Origin: Zygnema circumcarinatum SAG 698-1b
Lineage: Eukaryota > Plantae > Zygnematophyceae
NCBI GenBank assembly: GCA_037447605.1
Contig: CM074813.1
Location: 2,976,001-3,040,000 of the forward strand
Length of the DNA: 64,000 bases
Direction: 5' to 3'
The first letter of the stretch is position 1. Each line of letters opens with the position of its first letter. Of this stretch, positions 13,801 through 24,649 are shown piece by piece. The position numbers and the translations under genes were made by a program. The notes beneath the pieces were generated by a model that saw nothing but the letters and a program-made list of their open reading frames with translations, did no database searches and was not told the DNA's origin.

Positions 13801-16800
13801 ACCCAACACTTCCCCCTCTCAACCTCGTACCACTTCTCCCCTCATTCCTGTAAAGCAGGTATTCAGAGAGGCCCTTCCGCCTTGTACCAGCGATGGAGTA
13901 CATGACGTCCAGCTGGGAGGAGAGGGGCCCTATGCGACCACTCCTGGAACAACACCTGGCAATGTGCAGACCCCGTCTAGCAGTTCTCCTGATGTGCATC
14001 AGTTGTCCAAACCTGCTGGGGGGACCTCTCAAACTGGGGAAGATGTGGAAGCTGGACCCTCTATTTCAGGAGCCCTCCTGCGTAGAAGTGAAGGTAGGAA
14101 GTCTTTTGCAGAAGCCCTTCTTGGATCTATGGGGGAGCCTGAGGTAGCCGCTCGCTCTCTGGGAGGATGGGATTGGGCGGATCGTCGATCCGCTGCAGCT
14201 TCTACACATAACGCAAAGCTTACCTTTTCATTAGGAAGCAAAACACTGGACAGGGGAATGACGATTTTCCAGGCAATCCAAAGACATGCATTGGGGGGAG
14301 AAGAGGATGAGGAGCGGCTTGTAGGCTCAGAGTATGTTGCCTCATTTAGTGGGCGGAGGTTATGGGATGAGATTTACACAATTACGTATGGGAGAGCAGG
14401 CACAGAAAATGAGGAAAAAGCAAGTGGGTCTGAAAGTCGTCCTTCTGGAGCAACGGAAAGTTCGGTTCCTCAGAGTGATAGTGCTGGAAAAGGGGCTCAT
14501 AGCAAAAGTAAGGAGGTCTCTTGGCAGTGTCCATCTCTCGTGGATGTTGCTTTAGCTCGGACACTCCAATGCGATTTGGACAAAAGTACTCCAACGTACA
14601 ATATTGCATTGCTGTTGCATATTCTGGAGAAGTTGAACCACTTGGTGCCGAGATTTCGAACGGAAAATGCAATAGATTCGTTCGCTCGTGGCTCTGCAGA
14701 CAGTCTGCAGGATGCCAGAATTGAAGGTGACTTAGTGCCGAAAGATGATTTCCTAAGTAGCAAACTCACCCCAAAACTGGCTCGTCAACTACAAGATGCA
14801 CTTGCGCTATGCAGTGGAGGCCTTCCGCCATGGTGTCACCAGTTAACACTCGCCTGCCCCTTCCTTTTTCCATTCCAAACTCGAAGACAGTACTTTTATT
14901 CCACCGCATTTGGGCCTTCTAGAGCGTTGCATAGGTTACAGCAACAGCAGTCTGCAGAAGGGGGGCATCAAAGCACTGTGAGAGAGATCAGAGAATTGAG
15001 AGTGGGGAGGCTTCAAAGGCAGAAGGTGAGGGTTTCTCGGAGCCGCATTCTCGATTCCGCCGTTAAAGTCATGGAGCTCTACAGTGGCCATAAAGCAGTT
15101 TTGGAAGTTGAGTACTTTGGGGAGGTTGGAACTGGACTTGGCCCCACTTTGGAATTCTACACTCTTCTCAGTCATGAACTTCAGAAAAGGCATTTGCAGC
15201 TTTGGAGGGGAGAAGGGACAGAAGAAACTAAAGTGGGGGAGCAGCAGGATGTGGTGATGGCAGAGGGAGACAGTGAAGAGCGAATCTGGGCTGTGGTAGA
15301 AAGAGAGAGTGGGAAGAAAGCGGGAGAGGGAGACGGATTCGTCAACGCTCCAATGGGTCTCTTTCCCCGTCCAGAAAAGCCCAGAGCAGATGTTCCCAAG
15401 GACAGTCCTCAGGGGAAAGTTATTGAATATTTTCGACTGCTTGGTAGAGTCATGGCAAAGGCTCTGCAGGATGGGCGCATGCTCGACCTTACCCTCTCGC
15501 CAGCCTTTTATAGACTCGTTTTGGGACAGGTGAGTTTTGGTTACCTACTTTGAAAGTCAAAGCTAGCCGTAGAGTTCTTAATTCTTAATTCTTCGAGTCT
15601 TATTTTCTTTGAAAGGTGATGAGTGTGTTCCACCCCTCTGCGGCCGCTTTGATTTGATTTTCCGTCTTTCCTGCGCCCCGCCGTTTTTTTTGCTTTCTTC
15701 CCTTTGTCTCTCTCGCTATCAGCTCCCCGTTTTCTGTCTTTCTCACTTTTTCCTCCTCTTTCCCTCTCTTCCTCCTTCCCTTTCTGCTCCATCACGCATA
15801 TCTATTCCTCTCTCTCCCCCTCCCCTGACCCTCTCTCTCATGGGATGATTGCCTGCTGCCACTGTGCTAATCTACGAAAGCGAGAACCTCAAACTTCATT
15901 TTTGCAGTCTTAATCCCTCAACAGTTGATTGTTACCTTCCTTTGTTGCTTGTTTACATGGACTTATCAATACTGAAGACATGTTTTTGAATACCGCAGGT
16001 GCTGGACCTGTATGACATTAAGTCCTTCGATCGAGAATTGGGCTCTACTTTGGAGGAACTGCAGGCTCGTGTTGCAAGAAAAAAGTTTTTGGAAGAGCAG
16101 CGAGCCTCGCCCGCCTCTATTCGTCTTCATGGCTGCCCTATTGAAGACCTCTGCCTGGACTTTACCCTTCCCGGATACCCCGATTATCAACTTAAAGAGG
16201 GAGGCAGCAATATCATGGTAGGAGTGCACATGATCAGGAGAAGAGCATTCATAAGTCCATACATGTGTATAAAAATATGCTTGGGTTCCATGTTTTGTGC
16301 ATCCGTGTTTTTTTGGGTTTTTTTCAAACTGGTAGTGGGTAGTGGACGGAGAGAGGCGGTGGTCGAGGAGGGGATTTCGATGCTGTTCTCTTTTTTTTAT
16401 TATTTTACATTCAATACCTCGGGATTTGTATGCTGAGGAGGAGAATTTGGGCGGGGTTGAAGGTGACCCTTGATAACCTCGAGGAGTACATTGAACTGGT
16501 GGTGGAGGCCACTGTGAAGGCGGGCATAGAGGCTCAAATGAACGCATTCCGTGCCGGCTTCAACCAGGTGAGTGTTTGTTTCACTAGAAGGATAACCATT
16601 AGGGTTAGGGTGAGCCATGATGGTGGTTATGATTATAGTTAGGGTTACAGTTTCGTGCTCGGCTTAGACTGAGGTTCGTGTATGGGTTACGACAACGTAG
16701 GTCAGGGCTAGCTTTAGGGGTAAGAGTTCTAAGGATGAGGGTAGGGTTGGGGTGGGCTAAGTTTTGAACCCAAAAAACTCATCAGAATTCGAACGTATTT

Positions 16801-17540
16801 CGAGGATAGATGTATGTTTCTACAACGTGGAGTCATGCAAGTTCATAGAATCATTAAAGTAAGGTTATGTGAATCGTTGTAATCAATTGTTTAGCACAAT
16901 TATCAGTTGTTGGTTGAGCACATACATGCAGGTGTTTGACCTCTCCACTCTTCGAATCTTTACTGAAAGTGAGCTCGATTCACTTCTTTGTGGGCGTAAG
17001 GAGCTTTGGACGGTGAGTTCTGCATATATATCTCCGTTACGATCTTCAAGGGCTATTAGGCTCCTTGAGCGTTGTAGATTGATAGGACTCTCCTAGGGGT
17101 TTTTTTGCTGTCCTTTCAATTTGCAGGTACTTTTTGTTTCTTGTTACTTTTTGTTTGAATTTTATCTCTTCTTTGTAAACTTTCATTGTTTAGGTTCTTC
17201 AAGCTTAAAGGCAATAAGCCTTTGAGAGGATTCCTCATAGAGAAGCAAATTGACATTTCACTTTTTTCCCGAAAATTGTTTCCATTTGGTAACATTCTGT
17301 AATTTAATCCAAAGCAAATCATTCTACTCTATAACGTTGAACCATATTGCTTGCAGCCTGAGATGCTCTCTGAGCACATAAAATTCGACCATGGCTACAC
17401 TGCAAGCAGCCTTCCCATCCGACATGTAAGCACTAACCTGTTCCCTTTCCTACCTTAGAAGCTTACCTCTCGTAATAACTAGTCTCGTGCGACTCACTAT
17501 AGATAGTAAGAGCGAGAAAGAGAGAGAGAGGGGGAGAGAA

Positions 17541-17575
<35 letters not shown>

Positions 17576-18633
17576 AGAGAAAATCGCAGTCTCCTCGCAG
17601 TGTTGAAGCCTTGCCATCTCAGTTCCCTGCTTACAGAGAAAGAAAAGCCTGTTCTCTCATTCTGAAATTTTCTTGTTTATGAGGATTTTGTTGCAGCTGC
17701 TGGAGATAATGGAGGAGCTTACACCAGATCAGCAACGCGCCTTTCTAAGATTCGTTACAGGGGCTCCGCGGTTACCTCCCGGGGGCTTAGCATCTCTCCA
17801 CCCCCGTCTCACTATAGTCCGCAAGGTATGCATGGCTCCCGTATGTCAAACATTCATGACTATTTCAGTTTGTTTGTTTGTTTATCGATTTATCTTGTAA
17901 GCAACGACTTGGAGAGTTCTGGGTTTCTTCTCTCTCACATAGTTCTATGCTGTTCCGTTATGCTTATATGAGAGTGCTCTGTGAAACTCTTGCTACCTCT
18001 GACTTAAATCTTATGTTGCTGTGTTGGTATATCGCAACATACAGCATCCGAGCAACCCGGCTGGGAACACAACTCCTCCAGGAGGAGCGAGCGGCTCTGT
18101 CGGAACTATCGCGGATGGAGACCTTCCGAGTGTGATGACTTGCGCCAACTACCTCAAGCTGCCACCCTACTCCTGCAAGGTGTGTATATGGGGCTCTTCT
18201 AAATCCTCTTTTGAGAGGGAGGTGAGGGGGAGGTGGAGGAGGGAGGGGAGTGGGAGCGATCGGGGAGGGATGGGAGGGGCATACTCCAAGTTCAGGGCAT
18301 GTCCCCCAGATCGGAGTATAGATACAGTCATGGAGCTTTAGTACTCTATACCTCTCGTCGCCCATCGCAGTCCGCGGTCCGTTGTCTCTCTTTCTTTTAA
18401 TCATCCCATTTCCTGCTCTTCCCTTCGTTAACTTCCTCTCAACCTCACCCTCCCTCCCTTCCCACACTGCTTGTCTGCCCATGTCCTTCCACCCCCTCCT
18501 CTCTCTCCATCCCCTTATCCATTTACTCAACGAATAGCAACTCACACACCTTTCCTCCCTGCTCCAGAAAGTGATGAAGGAGAGGCTCCTCTACGCCATC
18601 CAAGAGGGGCAGGGCTCCTTTGATCTCTCCTGA
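7846..18633 (+). CDS. UPL3: HECT E3 ubiquitin ligase UPL3/KAKTUS (TRIP12/Ufd4 family), about 17 exons
   Basis: N-terminus [11 protein letters not shown]; ARM region ([49 protein letters not shown]); [29 protein letters not shown]; HECT domain [68 protein letters not shown] with the catalytic Cys; C-terminus EGQGSFDLS* (TGA 18631-18633). Confidence 0.96.
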
Positions 18634-19074
18634 GGCGCCTAGGCGCACCCTCAGCGCGGCAGCCGGTGACCAGGCGAATCCGCCTGTCTGGATTGGGGCA
18701 CCATGCAGCACGATTGGGGCACACCCCATTGGTCAGCCACTCCAGGCGTAGCTCCTTTGTACAGATGGTGTTCAGCTGGGCAAAAACTTGGAAGGGGGAA
18801 GGGTGGGGGGGGGGTGGTGGTGTTGTGAGGTGGTTGGGGGTGGGTGGGGATAGGAATTGGGAGATGTATGGGACACATTTTTGTATGGCGATGCAAATAG
18901 TGCTGTGAATAAAAAGCGCCCAAATGGAACAGAACGGATCGGCTTGTCTGGAGTGAGATCCTTTGTTGATGGTGGTCATAACCCTGTCACATGTCCACAC
19001 ATACATATATACATATATATGTATTGACAGTTTCACTAGCGGATCTCGCTCATTCTTGCTTGGATGGATGGTCT

Positions 19075-19523
19075 CTATGTGCGGGAACTTCGGCGCTTGA
19101 CAGTTGTGTCCCACAGCATCCGTAGAACAGCAGTCAATCGAACGATCGCCCATATGGGTGGTTTCGTGGTTTGTCGCCAACGGTAACCGGACCTCGCAGC
19201 ACCGTAACCTCCTCCCTCTACACCTGGCTCTTTGCTGTTACATTTCTCTGGACGCACCTGCAAAGACAGAGGCAGTTCAATTTAAGTCATCCAATTCTAA
19301 TGTTACAATATGCAAAATTGCAATTGGACCACTTAGGCGAAGTGACGTAGCAGACTTACACGCTTGCCATCGATAACGTGCTGATCTTGGAAAACCAGCT
19401 CCAATACGGCAGGATCCTCAAAGGTGACAAATCCGAATCCACGAGGTTCATGAGTTTTTGGGTCCCGAATGTGAACCGCATCCAGAATGGCGCCATACAT
19501 GCCAAAATACCTGATGAGGTTTT
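19075..19523 (-). pseudogene. hnRNP A1/Musashi-type RRM gene fragment (two exons), 5' part missing
   Basis: Exon 19523-19360, bounded by CAG and GTAAGT, encodes (E)NLIRYFGMYGAILDAVHIRDPKTHEPRGFGFVTFEDPAVLELVFQDQHVIDGKR with the RNP1 motif RGFGFVTF. The next exon is 19257-19075. No RNP2 exon was found upstream. Confidence 0.75.
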
Positions 19524-19741
19524 CTGCTCAAAGAAACAGACCCTAAAGTTTAAACTGTACGGTATGTGACCGCAGGACGCGGAGTCCCGGGAAGCTCCTG
19601 GAGAGCGCACGCCAGGTGGCAGGGTCTGCCAGGTGGCACCGCCAGATTGGCTAACGCTGGGAACAGTAGCGTTTACATGGAAATGGTCAGCTGAGACTTT
19701 ACCCCCTACCCCCCTTCCATTTTCCCCTTTCTCTTCATTTA

Positions 19742-20439
19742 GGGGGCGACTATTTACAGTGTACTTTTTTCTGAATGTAGTGTACGATTTCGCGGGGCAG
19801 CAAAAAAAGGCTTTTTTTGGCGAAACATGCTGTTTCACACTTTTCAGAATAGATACAGACCTTTTTTCGTCGGATGTACGGATGGTGATTTGAAATGTAC
19901 AAAGCGCGCGCGTCTACAAGGTATAAGGGCGCAACACGTGGAGCGACATAATTGGTCGCGGCAACATATGACGTGGCAAGTATGTTTGCGACCGTGACGT
20001 GACGAAACGAGACGCGAAAAAAGTGGAGTCCGCGGACGGCAGTCGGAAATGGCCGGAATTAAAACTGACAGAAAAAGATAGGGCACATAACGTAGCGTGT
20101 TTCAGGAAAAATCTCAGTTTTAATTCCCGCCATTTCCGACTGCCGTCCGCGGACTCCACTTTTTTCGTGTCTCGTTTCGTCACGTCACGGTACCAAACAT
20201 ACTTGCCACGTCATATGTTGCCGCGACCAATCATGTCGCTCCACGTGTTGCGCCTTTATACCTTGTAGACGCGCGCGCTTCGTACATTTCAAATCACCAT
20301 CCGTACATCCGACGAAAAAAGGTCTGTATCTATTCTGAAAAGTGTGAAACAGCATGTTTCGCCAAAAAAACCTTTTTTTGCTGCCCCGCGAAATCGTACA
20401 CTACATTCAGAAAAAAGTACACTGTAAATAGTCGCCCCA
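19742..20439. mobile_element. Foldback MITE (Mutator/hAT-like), near-perfect ~700 bp palindrome
   Basis: GGGGCGACTATTTACAGTGTAC... at 19743 is the reverse complement of ...GTACACTGTAAATAGTCGCCCC ending 20438. Arms are about 325 bp with a short loop near 20070-20115. TSD TTCATTTA at 19734-19741 and 20440-20447. Confidence 0.9.
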
Positions 20440-20463
20440 TTCATTTATTTGATGTTTTTTTTT

Positions 20464-22051
20464 GGAAAATTCTATTCTGACACCTTTTTTAGACAAACAC
20501 AGGCCTCTTTTCGCCGGGCAAATTTTAAAATTGCACAAAAAAAGAACACACCTTTCACACCTTCTCACCCTTTTTTTTTTCACCTTTTTTTTCACACCTT
20601 TTTGAAATCGATACACACCTTTCTCCATCGGGCAGATTTTACCCCTTCTTGTTTTTTTCAAAGAAAAAATTATCGGCCTGCCCGAATCCTCTCGGAGCAG
20701 AAGATCCGTCCGCCACGAGATTGTTCGCGGGTGGCCGTTCTTTACACGTGCAAAAACTACACACCGTCGATTCTAGCGCAGATCACACCACGGCAGATCA
20801 CCGTTCGATCGGCAGCCGGGCTCGGTCCCAGCGAATGGCACACGCCCACGTGTCCCACCCGAGCCGGCTCGAGGTTCGTACACACCTCGTACGGTCGCAG
20901 CTTCGAGGAAAGTCTAAATTCCTTACCTTATTAGGGCGTGTCAGACTTAAAAAAATCTCGTAATACTAAAAACTCGATATTCGTAACAATTCGAGTCAAC
21001 GTCAGTAAAACTAAAATTCCCGAGCGTAGTTTTTCGCACTCGCGGCGCGGTCCTGTTCGCACTCCGCGATCGCCGTCTTCGAAATTCTCCAAACGCCGTC
21101 TTCGCAACTTCGCCCTCGCGCGGGGCCCTCAAACTTCGAAACAGAGCCGGCGCGGCGCGCGGAGACCGCTTGTCGTTGTGTCGTGTTGCGCGTCACGGGC
21201 GGGCGCGGGCGCGGGCGGGAAGCCGGGAAAACAACCATGACGTCACGTTGACGCGATTTTCGCCAGTATTTTCTTCGCACGTCCATTTCGGCGCCTCTTT
21301 TGGGTGCGAACAAAATCGTGCGAAGAAATGCAATTTCAGTAAACCCCACGGGTCAATCTTCGCAACGTTGACCCGTTGACTTAGCACAGTTGACTTCCGT
21401 TCGGTTCGGTTTAGGTTCGGGGGCGCGATGATTTTTAGTACTTAGTAACCTCGATTCTCGTAATACTAAAAACTCGATATTCGTAACATTTTGTTAAGTC
21501 TGACACGCCCTATTGAGAGCTTGAACCAATCACCATCTGCCGCGTGCTCTTTTTAGACGTGGCAAACTGTGATTGGTACAGGCACTGAACTTAATTAATT
21601 ACGTTTTTGAACTTTTCGCGAAGCTGCGGGCGTACGCCTTTTGTACGGTTCTTTGAGCCGGCTTGGGTGGGACACGTGGGACAGAGCCCGGCTGCTGATC
21701 GAACGGTGATCTGCCATGGTGCGATCTGCGTGAATATCGACGGTGGAAAATTATTGCACGTGTGAAGGACGGCCACCCGCGAACGATCTCGTGGCGGACG
21801 GATCTTCCGCTCCGAGCGGATTCGGGCAGGCAGTTTTTTTTCCTCTGAAAATAAATGATAAGGAGTAAAATCTGCCCGACAGAAAAAGGTCTCACGGCGC
21901 TCGGTCGCTCAGGGCTAGTAGCGTGTATCGATTCCAAAAAGATGTGAAAAAAAAGGTGTGAAAGGTGTGTTCCTTTTTTGTCTATTTTAAAATCTGCCCA
22001 GAGAAAAGAGGTTTGTGTGTAGACAAAAAAGGTGTGAGAATAGAATTTTCC
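20464..22051. mobile_element. Non-autonomous Mutator-like element with long (~450 bp) diverged TIRs
   Basis: Termini GGAAAATTCTATTCT ... AGAATAGAATTTTCC. Arms ~20464-20920 and ~21595-22051 are reverse complements. T9 flanks both sides (20455-20463, 22052-22060), consistent with a 9-bp TSD. Confidence 0.85.
20932..21512. mobile_element. Short-TIR MITE nested inside the Mutator-like element
   Basis: Perfect 19-bp inverted ends TAGGGCGTGTCAGACTTAA / TTAAGTCTGACACGCCCTA; the terminal TA may be the TSD. Subterminal direct repeat CTCGTAATACTAAAAACTCGATATTCGTAACA at 20957 and 21457. Confidence 0.85.
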
Positions 22052-22699
22052 TTTTTTTTTATTAGATTTTGAAGTGCCAGGGGATAGGGTTGCTGCCGGA
22101 CAGGAGAAGGGCACAGAGCACGAGAAATGGGTGCCAGGTGGCAGCATCTGGCGAGGACAGCTGGCATCGCAGAGCGAGGTGAGCGTGCCACGTGGCAATC
22201 AGTATCAGTTTTTAATTTGTCGCTTTTGATTGGCTGCATGCTCCCTCTCACTCTTCCTCCGTTTCTTTCCCCTTCTCATTTTGAGTATTCCTTCCTCCCA
22301 TTCTTGTTCTTTTCTTTTTTTTGGAAGGCCAGCTCTGCAGGGTTGAAGTAATGGACACAGCGTCAAAAATGTGACTTTAAGAGAAGTTGACTTTAAAGTG
22401 GTGGGGTGGCACGCTCGAGTCAGAAAGCACCACAAGGCAACAAAAATATATTAACTTTCTTGAAGGGTGCCTGCAGGGTTTGCTCCTGCAAGCTGCTGAA
22501 GGGCGGTGGAATGACGAAAGGAGGAAGTGGCAGGTAGGAATGGAGGGGAAGAGGGAAGGAGGGAGGGAGGGAGATAGAAAGGCAGGAGAGGTGGATGGGG
22601 CAGGGGAGAGAGAAGGGACAAGGGTGGGGAGAGGGAGAGTTGTAGGGGAAAATACGGATAGCAGAGAGAGAGAGAGAGAGTGAGAGAGAGAGAGAGAGA

Positions 22700-23033
22700 G
22701 ACAGAGGGAGGGAGAGGAGGGGGGAGGGGGAGGGGGAGGGGGAGGGGAGGGAGGGAGGGAGGGGAGGGGGTGGGGGAGGGGGAGGGGAGGGGAGGGGGAG
22801 GGAGGGGAGGGGGAGGGGGAGGGGGAGGGGGAGGGGGAGGGGAGGGGGAGGGGGAGGGGGAGGGGGAGGGGGAGGGGGGAGGGGGAGGGGGAGGGGGGAG
22901 GGGGAGGGGGAGGGGGAGGGGGGAGGGAGGGAGGGAGGGGAGGGGAGGGGGAGGGGGAGGGGGAGGGGGAGGGGGAGGGGGAGGGGGAGGGGGAGGGGGA
23001 GGGGGAGGGGGAGGGGGAGGGGGAGGGGGAGGG
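22700..23033 (+). repeat. (GGGGGA)n G-rich microsatellite in an intron
   Basis: Directly visible run of GGGGGA/GGGGA units. Confidence 0.9.
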
Positions 23034-23772
23034 AATGCTGTTTAAGAGACTTCATATTGAGACCGTGAAGTTCTTGTTCCAGGACGAGCTTGAGTCGGTG
23101 AAGGAGCGCCTTCGGATCGTGGAGGAGGAGAAGGAGAAGGGCCTGCGCTCGCGGGAGCGATTAGTATTTCAAAAATGTGTTTGGAACAAAGTGGCTTTTT
23201 GCAGTACATAGAGAATCGAACATTGAACAAAAAGTCGCCTTCCCGGTGTACACAGAATTCTTTTCTATTTCTTTTCTTTTTCCTTATTCTCTCCATTTTC
23301 GTGGGGGATAAGCAGGAGTTGGAGCAGCTCCGAGCCGAACATCAGAGCAGGGAACAAGAGGTCATTTTTTTGCTTTCCACTGTTATTTGTTTTTTTTATC
23401 GATTTCCCCTTTCTAGCTCTTTCTCTCTTTCCCCCAATTTTTCTTCATTTTCCTTCAGAAAACTCAGAATCTAAATTCTGAAGTGCCACATTTGTTGCTG
23501 TACTTTTGTCTTTATTCGAATTTTCAGCGGGTAAGAGTTCTGTCCGAGATCCTTGTGGCGGCCGCCCAAACGGAGCGAAGCATGGCACGCCTTCGCCTGC
23601 AACTGAATTCCGTTCGACTGGGTAATGTCGGCGTCCAACGGTACGCGCTACATGGAACACCGTTCCACTTTTTGCCCCGTTTCATGTTGCCTTGTTCCGT
23701 TACCTTCCATTTCGCTCGGTTCCGCTTCACCAAGTAGGTAAGGGGGATTAGGGTCCTGGGAAGTAGTCTGTT

Positions 23773-23930
23773 GAAATTAGGGTTATTTAGTGAGGGTTTT
23801 TGAAATTAGGGTTTTGTAATGAGGGTTTTTGAAATTAGGGTTTTGAAATGAGGGTTTTTGAAAGTAGGGTTTTGTAATGAGGGTTTTTGAAATTAGGGGT
23901 TTTTAATAAGGGTTTTGTAATTAGGGTTTT
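23773..23930 (+). repeat. Intronic ~29 bp tandem repeat built from TTAGGG-like units
   Basis: GAAATTAGGGTTTTGTAATGAGGGTTTTT repeated about 5 times with variants. Confidence 0.8.
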
Positions 23931-24649
23931 GAGATGGGCTGCAGAGTGGGCAGTATGATTTCGGAGGTTTGGGAGGAGGGCCAAGTGTATAAGGACATTC
24001 AAGCGCGTCTGGTAACATTTTTCTGCCAGTAAATTTTTTTATCTCTCGAATGTTCAGACTTTTTCTTTTATTGCTTTTTTTTAACACAAGGATTTCATTG
24101 TCTTTCCCGTGAATTGTGCTTTTGAATTGTTTACATCGTTGTCAAATTTCTCTCTTTATTTATTTATTTATTTATTGAGTTGTGGGATGGCGAGCAGAAT
24201 TCGATCATGCAGGAAAAAGAACTGTTGGAGAGACAACAAAAAAGTTCCCCGCGGCAGCAAAAGGGTGACGTTGCATAATATGCAATGACCTGGTTTTTGG
24301 TTCTCTCATATATTGTACTGAATGGATTGCCGTACTTCTCTTACTCTCTCTCTCCCTCTCCCTCTCTCTTCCTCTCTCTCTCTCTCTCTCTCTCCCTCTC
24401 TCTCTCGCCCTCTCAGTATTTGATTCCAACGACCAATTTATCCCGCTCAGATCAAAAGGAAGCATCCGAGAAGGAGCGGTCTAAGGAGGAGGAGGAGGAG
24501 GATTGGGCCGCGGAGGAAATCTACAAAACGCGTCTGTTCGCATTGAAGCGGGTTCGAACTCCGCACCTCCTCCTATTGAAATCCCCAAACTTCAAAAAGC
24601 CTATGACACGAACCCCTGAACTTACAATTGTAAGCCTCCCAAACAATGT

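Larger units (their letters stand above)
22477..24551 (+). pseudogene. TSL: TOUSLED-like kinase fragment: N-terminal coiled-coil exons only, kinase domain absent
   Basis: Seven in-phase GT-AG exons (22477-22533, 23083-23163, 23316-23360, 23528-23640, 23945-24011, 24198-24264, 24451-24551) encode ...RVRVLSEILVAAAQTERSMARLRLQLNSVRLGNVGVQRVGSMISEVWEEGQVYKDIQARL...EEIYKTRLFALKR. This matches plant TSL motifs (SLRLG.VGV.R.GTII.ETWEDGQ, DE.YKSRL..IKR). Possible degraded upstream exons at 19576-19685 and 22066-22178. Confidence 0.82.

Noticed and set aside
19378-19569. ORF MLILENQLQYGRILKGDK and its twin at 28544-28738 as a conserved small protein
   Set aside because: Both are antisense shadows of the duplicated RRM exon.
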